Shown here in pieces: positions 53,692-63,094 of a stretch of DNA of 64,000 nucleotides. Made by a program: the position numbers and the translations under genes. The first letter of the stretch is position 1. Each line of letters opens with the position of its first letter. The notes under the pieces were generated by a model. That model searched no databases and was not told where the DNA came from. It saw only the letters and a list, made by a program, of their open reading frames with translations. The DNA is from Nitrospirota bacterium (GTDB lineage: Bacteria > Nitrospirota > JACRHJ01). The stretch lies in contig CAWJRJ010000012.1 of assembly GCA_963845245.1 (NCBI GenBank), positions 64,001 through 128,000 of the forward strand, given 5' to 3'.

Positions 53692-54189
53692 CTATTTTAA
53701 AAGCATCTCGATCTTTTCCGTAAGCTCCGACTCTTCCAGCCCGCCAAAGTTCTCGTCCACGATGTAGCCTTCGCGGTTGATGAAGAATATCTCCGGTATC
53801 CCGGTTACGCCGTATGCCTTGCCGACCTTCCCCTCAGGGTCGAGCGCAAGCTTGAAGTTGATCTTGTTCTTCCTTAAAAACTCTTCTGCATCTTTTTGCG
53901 GGCTCTTCATCAGCACGCCCAGCATCTCCACGCGGCCTTTGAATCGGTCGTACACCTTATTGAAAATCGGCGCCTCGTGGTTGCAGTGCGGGCACCATGA
54001 GGCCCCTAATGCAAGCACCAGCGGTTTTCCCTTGAACTGCGAGAGTGTATACTCCTCGCCCGCTATCGAGCTTACGGAAAACTCCGGCGCAGGGTAAGGA
54101 GCTTTCTGGCCGATAGTTGCGCAGCCGGTGGCGACGGCAAGTGAGAACAACAGCGCCATCAACAAGCAGTACCTAAGTCGCGTCCGCAT
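53692..54189 (-). CDS. TlpA-family thiol-disulfide oxidoreductase lipoprotein
   Basis: Lipobox-like ATGC, ASWCPHC..E.P, YGVTGIP. Confidence 0.9.
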   Translation of the reverse strand: MRTRLRYCLLMALLFSLAVATGCATIGQKAPYPAPEFSVSSIAGEEYTLSQFKGKPLVLALGASWCPHCNHEAPIFNKVYDRFKGRVEMLGVLMKSPQKDAEEFLRKNKINFKLALDPEGKVGKAYGVTGIPEIFFINREGYIVDENFGGLEESELTEKIEMLLK

Positions 54190-54277
54190 TTTGTTGCTCC
54201 TCTCGACTGCCCTATGGTTATTCAACAACCCTTTACATAAAATATAACATATATAATGCAGCCGCGCGGGCTGCATA

Positions 54278-54637
54278 TCAGAAGGATACTGTTGTGCTGG
54301 CGCAGGCAATGTCAACAAGCTCGCTTCCTGTGGCAAGCGTCGCGTTCGGCACCATCTCCTCCGGGCCCACCTGCCTTGAAGCCGCGCATGGCTTGCAGAC
54401 GAGTATGGGGACCTTGTTCGCGACCAGGTATGCCATGTGGTCCTTGGCCTCGTCGCCGGCCGCCGACTTGATGGTGTTGACTATGCCCTCCCTCGCAATG
54501 TTTACGCCGTCGTCCATAAGGAAGAGCGTTACGTCCTTGCCCTTTTCGTGAGCCACCTTCGCAAGCTGCAGAGCGCGGCTAGATCTGTTCGGGTTGTCCA
54601 TACCGTGAGAAAGTATTACGAGAAATTTGTCGCTCAT
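54278..54637 (-). CDS. DsrE-family protein
   Basis: V.LFLMDDGV, VCKPCA..R. Confidence 0.85.
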   Translation of the reverse strand: MSDKFLVILSHGMDNPNRSSRALQLAKVAHEKGKDVTLFLMDDGVNIAREGIVNTIKSAAGDEAKDHMAYLVANKVPILVCKPCAASRQVGPEEMVPNATLATGSELVDIACASTTVSF

Positions 54638-54711
54638 CTTTTGTCACCTCACATTAAGTTTAAAATTTGTTTGCACTTGTTAATACCAAAGAACTTCTAA
54701 GGCTGTCAAGT

Positions 54712-54742
54712 AAAAAGGCCGCCCTGATGGACGGCCTTTTTT
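54712..54742. terminator. Intrinsic terminator
   Basis: AAAAAGGCCG...CGGCCTTTTTT. Confidence 0.7.
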
Positions 54743-54764
54743 AAAGGTGCTACGGAAATAAATT

Positions 54765-55574
54765 TTATGGCGCCGGCTGTGTGCTTATAGGGATCGGCGT
54801 CGCGAGGTCCAACGGGAACGGGGTTAATTTAATATCCACGCCGGATAACAGTACCTTGTGGTCTATCGTGACCTTGTGTTCGGGATCCTTTTCGTACATG
54901 CCATATGGTTCGCCCTTCTTTGGAAGTCCGCCGTACTTGATGCGCGCCGCGACGTAAAATGTTCCAGGCTGAGGTATGTACAGCGAATACTCGCCGTCCT
55001 TGTTTGTCGGCTTTGAGAGATAGGTGGGGAGGCCGACCATCTCTTTGTCTTTGTACAAAAGTACAAACGCGCCGACCGCGGGTTTGCCTTCCATGTCATA
55101 CACCTTGCCGGACAATCCCATGTCTCCCTCGTCGGGGAGATAAGGCGCGAGCAGGAAATTTCCTGCAAGCATCGCGATGGACAGGTTGACAGTGGTGTAC
55201 TCGCCAGGCCGCACCGTTACTGGGTTCCCGGGGTACTTGCCCTCGTAGTCGCCTTTGACCAGGTAACCCTTCGGGTCTCCGGAGATGCGTTTGCGCGCGA
55301 CAATATAATAGCTGCCGGGCGCCAGTCTGAGAGTATACGACCCGTCCTTCGCGGTGGGTTCCGATATCAGCTTCGTGGGCACCCGCAGGTCGTTGTAGCC
55401 GGATTCGTACGCGTATACAAAGACGTCCGGCGCAGCGCCTTTGTTCTCTATCAACACCTGTCCCTTGATGCCGGAGTTCTGGTCTTGCTGTTTGACGCTG
55501 TTGGTTGTCGGTGCACATCCCACTGCGAACGACAAGCAAACAACCGCTGATGCAACCATAGCTCTAATGTTCAT
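54765..55574 (-). CDS. Lipoprotein with two carboxypeptidase-regulatory-like domains
   Basis: Lipobox AVGC; duplicated S.PT.KDG.Y.L....G.[YF]Y..AR. Confidence 0.75.
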   Translation of the reverse strand: MNIRAMVASAVVCLSFAVGCAPTTNSVKQQDQNSGIKGQVLIENKGAAPDVFVYAYESGYNDLRVPTKLISEPTAKDGSYTLRLAPGSYYIVARKRISGDPKGYLVKGDYEGKYPGNPVTVRPGEYTTVNLSIAMLAGNFLLAPYLPDEGDMGLSGKVYDMEGKPAVGAFVLLYKDKEMVGLPTYLSKPTNKDGEYSLYIPQPGTFYVAARIKYGGLPKKGEPYGMYEKDPEHKVTIDHKVLLSGVDIKLTPFPLDLATPIPISTQPAP

Positions 55575-55695
55575 AAGGCTCCTCCTTAAATTTATGTAGG
55601 AATATAACATGAGGTACACCCTTTGTCAAACACAGGCCCTGTGTACAATCCTGTGGGAAACACGATATTTATGCATCTATTCAGTAAATTATATA

Positions 55696-55724
55696 TTGCA
55701 ATTAAAAAATAATTCGATTATACT
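55696..55724 (+). promoter_or_regulatory. Sigma70 promoter candidate
   Basis: TTGCAA-N17-TATACT. Confidence 0.55.
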
Positions 55725-55817
55725 TTTTTAAATTGCACGCATATTGAAAATTCTTTTTGTCCGATATATCGCATGCCCGTTATAACGAGGGCGACTTTTA
55801 AAGAAAGGAGGGTATGG

Positions 55818-56522
55818 ATGGCTAGGACTGAAATTGACGAGCCGCTGTTTGTGTGCACGACGTGCGGCGCCGTCTCTTCTGAAAGGGGACATTTATGCGC
55901 CCCTGTCAAGTCCAAAGATTTGGCTGTTTGTGAATTTTGCGGAGCTGTTGCCGAGGACCCTCGGCACGTGTGCATTCCCAAGGTCATGGAGCTCAAGTAC
56001 AGTTGCGAAGCCTGCGGACGTTTAGCGGTTAGCGATGATGAGCTCTGTTATCCTGTCGCCGTGAAAGCGGCGGCACCAAAGAAAGGAGCCACAAAAATGC
56101 CAGAGCCAAAGAAGGCTGTAGCGAAGAAGCCGGCTGCCAAGAAAGCAACTGCGACGAAGGCTAAACCAGCCGCCAAGAAGGTCGCCGCCGCGAAGCCGGC
56201 CGCGAAGAAAGTAACAACTGCGTCGAAGGCAAAACCAGCAGCAAAGAAGGCAGCACCAAAGGCAGCACCGAAGGCGGCAGCAAAACCGGCAGCGAAGAAG
56301 GTAGCAGCGAAACCGGCCGCCAAGAAGGCAACACCGAAAGCAGCTCCGAAGGCAAAACCGGCTGCCAAGAAGGCGACCGCCGCGAAGCCGGCTGCAAAGA
56401 AGGCAGCACCGAAGGCAGCAGCAGCCGCAAAAAAACCGGCGGCTGCCAAGAAGGCAACCGCCGCGCCGAAGGCAAAACCGGCTGCAAAGAAGCCGGCTGC
56501 CAAAAAAGCAACAGCCAAATAG
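55818..56522 (+). CDS. Triple Cys/His knuckle domain fused to histone-H1-like Lys/Ala/Pro tail
   Basis: 3x C-x2-C-G-x7-[HE]-x-C-x-P; 10 exact PAAKK repeats; AAAGGAGG RBS. Confidence 0.85.
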   Translation: MARTEIDEPLFVCTTCGAVSSERGHLCAPVKSKDLAVCEFCGAVAEDPRHVCIPKVMELKYSCEACGRLAVSDDELCYPVAVKAAAPKKGATKMPEPKKAVAKKPAAKKATATKAKPAAKKVAAAKPAAKKVTTASKAKPAAKKAAPKAAPKAAAKPAAKKVAAKPAAKKATPKAAPKAKPAAKKATAAKPAAKKAAPKAAAAAKKPAAAKKATAAPKAKPAAKKPAAKKATAK

Positions 56523-56543
56523 CTGTACTGTACCTTTAATTTC

Positions 56544-56583
56544 AAACCGGGCCTGTCTCTGACTCAGCCCGGTTTTTCTTTTT
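56544..56583 (+). terminator. Intrinsic terminator
   Basis: AAACCGGGC...GCCCGGTTTTTCTTTTT. Confidence 0.75.
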
Positions 56584-56595
56584 GTCCTCAAAATC

Positions 56596-56655
56596 AAAAA
56601 AGAAAAACCCCAGGATTTTACCGCGTCTCCTGAGGCTCCGCAGCATCTACTTACC
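56596..56655 (-). ncRNA. Small RNA candidate (~55-60 nt)
   Basis: TTGACA-N18-TAATCT upstream; CCUCAGGA/UCCUGGGG hairpin plus U-tract; no credible ORF. Confidence 0.35.
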
Positions 56656-56859
56656 GAAGATTACATCAGTCGGCTCGGCATTGTCAAGACGTTAAAATCG
56701 ACTTATCAGTAATAAATATCGTTATCAATGCTAACCCTGCCCCACGCAAGGTATAAAATTTTTTTAAACTAAATTACGCTGGAAATAGTAGATAAATTAG
56801 GAAGGTTTATGATAACTGTTGTATTTACTTGATATTAAAGAGGACTGGCAGGCTTGGGG

Positions 56860-57447
56860 TCAACGCCCCTTTTTCAGTTCAAAAAGCACCTGCTTTGCAA
56901 GATTTTTCAGCGTGTCGAAGACGCCGACGCCGGTCATGGCCACGGACTCGAACGAAGGCAGACCCCTGGGGTTTAAAAGTTTGTCCATCTCCGCGACGGG
57001 AGCCACGTTAGGCAGGTCACGCTTGTTGTACTGTATGACGTAGGGGATGTTGTCGAGGTTGTAGCCCTGTTCGGCAAGGTTGATGCGCAGGTTCTCCACG
57101 CTCTCCACGTTTGATTCCATGCGTTCGACCTGTGAGTCGGCAACGAATATGACCCCGTCCACGCCCTTGAGGATAAGCTTCCTCGATGCATCGTAGAACA
57201 CCTGGCCAGGGACGGTGTAAAGATGGAAGCGTGTCTTGAAACCGCGGATCTCGCCGAGTGCAAGCGGCAGGAAATCGAAAAAGAGTGTGCGCTCCGTTTC
57301 GGTCGCAAGCGATATCATCTTGCCCTTTGCGTCGGGGTTCGTCTTCTTATAAATGTACTGGAGGTTCGTGGTCTTCCCGCATAGCCCAGGTCCGTAATAG
57401 ACGAGCTTTACGTTGATCTCACGCGAGGAGTAGTTGATAAAGGACAT
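56860..57447 (-). CDS. mglA: Small GTPase MglA
   Basis: VYYGPGLCGKTTNL, ERTLFFDFLP, TVPGQVFY, QYNKRDLP. Confidence 0.97.
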   Translation of the reverse strand: MSFINYSSREINVKLVYYGPGLCGKTTNLQYIYKKTNPDAKGKMISLATETERTLFFDFLPLALGEIRGFKTRFHLYTVPGQVFYDASRKLILKGVDGVIFVADSQVERMESNVESVENLRINLAEQGYNLDNIPYVIQYNKRDLPNVAPVAEMDKLLNPRGLPSFESVAMTGVGVFDTLKNLAKQVLFELKKGR

Positions 57448-57472
57448 TTATGGCAAGCCTTTGCTGGATTTT

Positions 57473-57967
57473 TTATCCGAAGAGGTTGTCTATGTCTTCG
57501 TCGGTTATTTCTGCGAAGGGTGAAGCTGAGACCTTGCCCTTCGACTTCTCTCTTTCGGCCTTTTCCTGGACCTGGTTGAATATGGCCGCAAGAGCTTCGG
57601 AGCTTTTTTTCACGCGCAGCCTTACCAGGCCGAGCGAGCTTCGCTGGTCGAAGATGACGACCAGTATGACCCTTTGCGCGATGATGGAGATGTGGATGTT
57701 GTCCTTCTCCCCCTCGTGGAAGAGTATGGAAAACTCCTTCTCGCCCAGAAGTTTGGCCATGCCGCCCGTAGCAGCAATGTTGCCTGCGGTCAGTGAAGCC
57801 AGCGAGGTGGTGTCGAGCCCCTTGGTTTCACCGATGCTTGCTATGAGCTGGCCGTTCTTGTCAACCAAGAAAACCACCTTGGCGTTAGACTGGCCATGGA
57901 GGCGTTGGAGTTCCGCCTCGGCAAGCTTAAACTCCTCCTCAAACATCACGAGGTCGGAACCAGCCAT
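57473..57967 (-). CDS. mglB: Roadblock/LC7 GAP MglB
   Basis: FLVDKNGQLIA, SLASLTAGNIAATGG, SSLGLVRLRVKK, ITDEDIDNLF. Confidence 0.97.
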   Translation of the reverse strand: MAGSDLVMFEEEFKLAEAELQRLHGQSNAKVVFLVDKNGQLIASIGETKGLDTTSLASLTAGNIAATGGMAKLLGEKEFSILFHEGEKDNIHISIIAQRVILVVIFDQRSSLGLVRLRVKKSSEALAAIFNQVQEKAEREKSKGKVSASPFAEITDEDIDNLFG

Positions 57968-58111
57968 CTCTTCTCCTTGGGTTAGGTCTTATAATGCCTT
58001 ATAATCAATAACATAACGCACCGTTAATTTCAAGTAAAAACTTAAGGAAATCCCTATTGACCCAATGAAGCGCTTAAGATAACCTATATATAACAAGAGG
58101 AGGGGAGCCCG

Positions 58112-58519
58112 ATGAAGACTGTTGAAATAAAGAGGTTGAAGGACGGCATGTACAGCGACCCCAAGACAGGCTGGTCGGCATACCCGTTTCAGCATAGCTC
58201 CGGAGAAGGCAGCGTCGATGTAAGGGGAGTGCACGTCGTGGCGATCTATCCGGGACAGCTTCGCGGCAACCACTACCACAAGGAGACGGAGGAACTGCTC
58301 TTCATATTCTCAGGGAAAGGCGTATTTTACTGGGAGGAGGAGCGCGGACTCATGCAGCACCAGGTAAGCGGGACGCCAACTCTCATTACCATACCAAAAG
58401 GGATCAGGCATGCTTTCAAGAACACGGGCGAAGGCGTGGTATACCTTCTGGCGGTGAGGGACGGGGACTACGACCCCAGAAACCCGGACGTCGTCAAGAG
58501 CGAGCTGGTAGAGGCCTGA
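58112..58519 (+). CDS. Cupin-domain protein
   Basis: RGNHYH....E, IPKG..HAF.N.G. Confidence 0.85.
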   Translation: MKTVEIKRLKDGMYSDPKTGWSAYPFQHSSGEGSVDVRGVHVVAIYPGQLRGNHYHKETEELLFIFSGKGVFYWEEERGLMQHQVSGTPTLITIPKGIRHAFKNTGEGVVYLLAVRDGDYDPRNPDVVKSELVEA

Positions 58520-58525
58520 GGGGGC

Positions 58526-59038
58526 TTATGAAGCCCCCAGAAGCCCTATCGCGATCTTGTCTGTCAGGAAGGACGGGGTCCTGTGTTTCTGGAAGATAAA
58601 CCCGTCGAAGACCTGCTTGTCTTTTTCGTAAATGGTGGCGCGCACGGCAGGGTCATCCTGTTTGTCGCTCTTCGATGTAACGACATTTCCCCTGATTACC
58701 CAGCCGGGCAGATATGAGGTCACCTTTATGGAATAATCGGTGCCCGGCACCTTTGCCGTTTCGCCTATCCGCATCTTGAACTCTTTGACCACAAGTGTCT
58801 TGCGGTCCCCGATACCCATCGTGACGGTGTGGTACTTCGCCTTGACCGAATCCGGGACCTCTACCACCAGGTTGCTGGGCAGCGGGATAGGTTTAGGAGG
58901 AATGCTTTTGCCCTCGATGAAGCTGTTTATGTCCCAGCCGACCGTCTTTTGTTGCTGGACGTCTGATTTTTTTCCGCAAGCCCCGGTCGATACCAGGATA
59001 AGTAAAGCTGCCGTAATGATTGTTATTTTTTTTATCAT
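58526..59038 (-). CDS. Lipoprotein (DUF2155-like)
   Basis: Lipobox TGAC; paralog of the neighbour (PA......E....F.G..F.K). Confidence 0.65.
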   Translation of the reverse strand: MIKKITIITAALLILVSTGACGKKSDVQQQKTVGWDINSFIEGKSIPPKPIPLPSNLVVEVPDSVKAKYHTVTMGIGDRKTLVVKEFKMRIGETAKVPGTDYSIKVTSYLPGWVIRGNVVTSKSDKQDDPAVRATIYEKDKQVFDGFIFQKHRTPSFLTDKIAIGLLGAS

Positions 59039-59523
59039 TTCTTTGCTATGCCCTCCTTGAGGGTTATGGCGTACTTTGGATGAGAGAAAGCGTGGGTCGT
59101 CGGAAACTTTGCAAAAAGCCATCCGTTGAATATCTCGCTTCCGCCCTCCGCAACGACTACCTGCGCGGCCGGGTTACCGGGCTCGTTTGAAGTGGAGGTG
59201 ATGCGTGAACCCTGCATTACGAAGGACGGGAAAAATTCATTCACGGTAACCGTCATGTCTGAGCCGGGCACCTTGAACTTCTCTCCGATGTTTATTGTAT
59301 GTTCCTTGGAAGTCTTCTTTTCCTTGTCCTCTATGACAAGGACGACGCCCTTCCACTTACCCTTGACGGCGGCAGGGACATCTATTACAGGCTTTCCAAT
59401 GGGCGGTATGGCCTGCCCGGCGTGAGGGGCCTGGCTTTTCTCTGGCGGCTGTTTTTCGCCGCCGCAGGCGAAAATAAACGTCATGGAGAATATTGCAATG
59501 GCAGTCAAAACTGACTTCCGCAT
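59035..59523 (-). CDS. Lipoprotein (DUF2155-like)
   Basis: Lipobox IFAC; IF.GWLF..FP..H.F.HPKY. Confidence 0.7.
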   Translation of the reverse strand: MRKSVLTAIAIFSMTFIFACGGEKQPPEKSQAPHAGQAIPPIGKPVIDVPAAVKGKWKGVVLVIEDKEKKTSKEHTINIGEKFKVPGSDMTVTVNEFFPSFVMQGSRITSTSNEPGNPAAQVVVAEGGSEIFNGWLFAKFPTTHAFSHPKYAITLKEGIAKK

Positions 59524-59612
59524 CTTAACCTCCATACCAATAATTTTGATACTGGTAAAATGATATTTCAATTTCAAAAAAAATCAATATAAAAAAGCAG
59601 TTGAGGTCTAAT

Positions 59613-59646
59613 AAAAAAAGGCAGCCATGCATGGCTGCCTTTTTTT
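59613..59646. terminator. Perfect 34-bp palindrome, terminator
   Basis: AAAAAAAGGCAGCCATG|CATGGCTGCCTTTTTTT. Confidence 0.8.
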
Positions 59647-59662
59647 ATAATGTGGAGAGCGG

Positions 59663-59989
59663 TTACTTCGCCCTCTGGTATTGGTAGTTCTCGCCCATGA
59701 ACGATACGCTCAGAATATCCTTGGCAGGGTCGAGCTTTGCTGTTACCTGTATCGGGCCCATCGGGATGAGAAGTGTGTTCTCGTCCTGCTTCTGAGCCGG
59801 AGTCTTGCCCTGGCTGCCCTCGTAGAAGTACTGCTCGCCTTCCTTGGTTATCTTGACTATCTTCTCGGGGCTTCCAACCATCGCCCAGTTGCCGACTATT
59901 CCTTTGCCGCCGCCCTTTGAGCATGCGGCAGTCATCATTACTGCGGTTACGACCATGACCATGACCAAAATACCAAGCGCTTTCTTCAC
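59663..59989 (-). CDS. Hypothetical lipoprotein
   Basis: AGGAGG RBS, lipobox TAAC, IVG.W motif. Confidence 0.75.
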   Translation of the reverse strand: MKKALGILVMVMVVTAVMMTAACSKGGGKGIVGNWAMVGSPEKIVKITKEGEQYFYEGSQGKTPAQKQDENTLLIPMGPIQVTAKLDPAKDILSVSFMGENYQYQRAK

Positions 59990-60079
59990 TGTTCCCTCCT
60001 GATGGATGTTGGTTGACTTTTAAATGCCTGATTTTAAAGCATGGCCCAGGCGGTTGTCAACCAATTTTTAAGTTCCGCC

Positions 60080-60511
60080 TCAGAGGGCGCAATATTTTGA
60101 ATGCACCACAATAACGGGTACGAAGGCCTCGGCTATCACCCTGCGGGTGATGCTGCCCATTACGGTGTTCATAAAGCCCTTGCGCCCGTGGGTTCCGAGC
60201 ATTATTGCGTCGACGCCTTTTTCTTTGGCGACCTCCAGGATCTTTTTGTTGGGTTCGCCTTCTTTCACGACCGCCTCGGCCTTGACGCCTTCGGCCTTTG
60301 CCGCCGCCACTACGTTATCGACGACCTCACGCGCCCTGTGTTCGAGCTTCTCGGTCAGGCCGGGGGCAAGGGTCTCGAACTCGTCCGTCAGGTCGACAAC
60401 CATCAATACGCAAAGCTCGGCGGAGTTTTCCTTCGCAAGCTTCAGGGCCTCCCTCTGTGCGCACATGGAGTTGGCTGAACCGTCGGTGCAGAATAGTAGT
60501 TTCTTGTACAT
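60080..60511 (-). CDS. Universal stress protein
   Basis: KKLL..TDGS..S, G.P...I...A, I.LG.HGR.G....MGS....V....PV.VV. Confidence 0.93.
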   Translation of the reverse strand: MYKKLLFCTDGSANSMCAQREALKLAKENSAELCVLMVVDLTDEFETLAPGLTEKLEHRAREVVDNVVAAAKAEGVKAEAVVKEGEPNKKILEVAKEKGVDAIMLGTHGRKGFMNTVMGSITRRVIAEAFVPVIVVHSKYCAL

Positions 60512-61025
60512 TAATGGCCTCCAGCTGTCAGGATCCCTGATGCGGCCAGTACGAGTATCAGCGATCTCGACTACAGCCATCACTACGTAAGGGGTATCCT
60601 TTTTCTTTATCAGGATCGGTATGATCCTGAGATACGCCACTATGGTAAGGCCGGCCAGAAAAGCGATGCCGATAAAGTTGATGAAGTCGCCGTGGCTTAC
60701 AAGGTTTACCCAGCCCCAGCCCTGCGGGAGGCTGGCTTCTTTCATGTAGTCATGGGCCTTCATCGTCCAGAAATGCGGGAGCTGCTCGATCGGTATTACC
60801 GGCTCCAGCACCTTCGTGACATAGAGGAAGAAGGTCGTGACCATGGTGGCCAGGCCTATATAGGTCCCGTAGCTAAGCAGGTTGGCGTATGTGACCTGCT
60901 CCTCGGACGCCGCCGTGGTGGTGTCTACGGCAACGGACGCCGCGGTAGTGTCGAATTCCCTGTTGAGGGATATACGTGGCCTGAAGGGCCTCTTCGGACG
61001 ATTCGTTGTAAGTTGCTCATTTCAT
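60511..61025 (-). CDS. DUF1634-like membrane protein (frameshifted)
   Basis: EEQ..YA.LL..G, W.W...V..GDF.NF.GIA.L, ends AGGH*. Confidence 0.75.
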
Positions 61026-61031
61026 TGCCTC

Positions 61032-62088
61032 CTATGGCCAGATCCCGGTCCCTTTGAGAAGGGCACGCAAACCAGAGAATAAAAGAAGGCCTATAACCAT
61101 CCACTTAATGGCCTTCGGTTTCGATTTAGCAAGTATCTTGACTCCAACTATAGAGCCGAGCATTATCCCGACGAGTGACGGGACGACCATCATCGGCAGC
61201 ACGGCGCCCTTGTTTATGAATATCCAGGCAGCCGAGGTGTCCGTGATGGATAGCAGGAATTTACTGGTAGCGACGGATATCTTGAGCGGGGCTCCCATCA
61301 TGAGGTTTAAGTACCGGGACGTTGGCCCAACCGGCGCCCAGGCCGAACATGCCGGCCATGAAGCCGATCAGGACGAATGTCGCAAGGGCCTTCGGGGTGC
61401 GGTGTACCTGCCAATGCACGTCCTTGCCTATCGACTCCTCCCGGTAGAGGCCCATTATATGGAGCGACTTGGCCAGGCTGTCGGGTTGTGGCACGACGGG
61501 GAAGTCGGACTTCTTGGCGGTGGCCATTATTATCACGATGAATATAATGGCTGAGCCCAGCATCATCTGGATTACGTCAGGCTTTAGCGCAAGCCCGACG
61601 AGTGCGCCGCCGATGGCCGCGGCCGAGGCGATAAGCGCGACCGGTATCGCCAGCCTGAGGCTGGCGAGGTTCCTTTTCAGAAGTCCGGGCCCGGCAGCGA
61701 GAGAACCCGCGAGGGCCACAAGAAGGCCCGCGCCCCTGACGAAGTCGATATGGAACGGGAAGAAGCCACCTATTATAGGGACGTAGAGGACGCCGCCGCC
61801 AACCCCGCCCAGGACGGCGAGGATGCCCAGTACGAACGTTACCACAAACAGGGTAAGGGGCCATACCCACCATGCGGTGGTGGCCGCCGCCGCCGCGCCC
61901 TCGGGCGTCATGGCCGCACCGACAGCGGAGTTTGCCATGCCGGCCATAGCGCCGCCGTGTTCGCCGACTGCAGGGACACCGCCCGTAGCAACATCAGGCG
62001 AAGCAAATGCCGCGCTGGCCGCAAGCATCACTACCATCAACGCCATTAAAGGCATTGCAGCTTTTAAAAATGTTTTTAGAGTTTTCAC
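61032..62088 (-). CDS. TauE/SafE-family exporter (frameshift ~61308)
   Basis: GVGGG.L.VP, AGMFGLGAGWANVPVL, ATSKF. Confidence 0.9.
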
Positions 62089-62224
62089 GATTTGTCTCCT
62101 CGAAATTGACCTTTCAACTCAAAATGAATGCGCCATCCCAGATAAACCGGTTATTCTTTTTTGCAGCCTCCTCCTTTAGTGGTTTTCGTTAAATTAGTTG
62201 ATATTTGCAACATAGTAATTATCA

Positions 62225-62238
62225 TATCATTATAATGA
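62225..62238. promoter_or_regulatory. Operator copy 1, TATCATTATAATGA
   Basis: 12-bp palindrome core; identical 14-mer at 63027. Confidence 0.65.
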
Positions 62239-62240
62239 GA

Positions 62241-62977
62241 TCAGTGAAGCCTGGCGAACTCGGAGTTGAGCGTGAACCTGTCGCCCCTTGCCGTCGTCTT
62301 TGAATAAACGACCGTGAGGCCGCCAAATGCGGTGAATACACGGTGTATTATCATACATGCCCCTGCAGACCTGGTGTTCAGGTGGGCTGACATGGAGCCG
62401 GGTTTCCCGACCTCGACGGTCTGGTTAACCTGCACGATCTTTGGTGCCGAATTTTTCTTTAAGAAAATCAAAAACATAACCCGAATCAGGGTTCCAGTCC
62501 CTTATGGCCGGGCAGACCCCTATCGGTATATAAAGCTCATTGACGAGCACCGGGACGCCCTGGGCTACCTGGAGCCTGCTAAGATAGAATATTTCACGGT
62601 CCAAAACAGGCCCAAGATGGCTCATAACGTCTTCATCATTAAGGGAAAGTACCGCTTTGTCGATTATTTTGATCTGGCGGCCCTCTTCGGTCTGGAACAC
62701 CCCCTCGACAAGGATGGTCTTCATCGGGATGCCCGAGCGCTGAGGTCCCTTGCCTGACGAAAGTGCCCTTGCCCTGGAGTTTCTCAAGGTAACCCTCGAT
62801 CACAAGGTTGTTTATCGCTCTGCGTACGGTTATCTTGCTGACGTCGAAGCTCCTGCAGAGGTCCTCCTCCGTCGGTATCTGGCTTCCGGTCTGCCACTCC
62901 CCGGAATGTATCCTTGAGAGCAGGATATCGGTGAGCTGTATGTAGAGCTTCTCGTTGTCGAACCTGTCTATGTTCAT
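62241..62977 (-). CDS. GntR (HutC/UTRA-type) transcriptional regulator (two frameshifts)
   Basis: LY.QL, IPTEEDL...FDVS.ITVRRA...LV.EG.L....GKGTFV; UTRA-like C-terminus ending RGDRF. Confidence 0.88.
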
Positions 62978-63019
62978 CGCTAAATTTTCCAAAAGTGTTG
63001 TGTTATGCAACTAAAGTAA

Positions 63020-63048
63020 AAGATACTATCATTATAATGAAACGTCAA
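63020..63048 (-). promoter_or_regulatory. gntR promoter with operator copy 2 in the spacer
   Basis: TTGACG-tttcattataatgatag-TATCTT (17-bp spacer). Confidence 0.65.
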
Positions 63049-63094
63049 TAGAAAAAATTGAAATTTTCAAAAAAAATCGTTAAAATGTTTTTCC

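Noticed and set aside
56100..56520. Repetitive DNA as CRISPR or VNTR
   Set aside because: Degenerate codon-level repeats of PAAKK; no constant repeat-spacer period.
56670..56745. Imperfect long hairpin as 6S RNA
   Set aside because: Pairing limited to a few bases around GCATTG/CAATGC; too short and lacks a convincing central bubble.
60080..60844. Apparent DUF1634-USP fusion
   Set aside because: Caused by a frameshift near 60555; DUF1634 has its own stop overlapping the USP start (TAATG).
62117..62177. Strong AAAGGAGGAGG in the tauE leader as a uORF
   Set aside because: No ATG/GTG/TTG at proper spacing; only an adjacent CTG.
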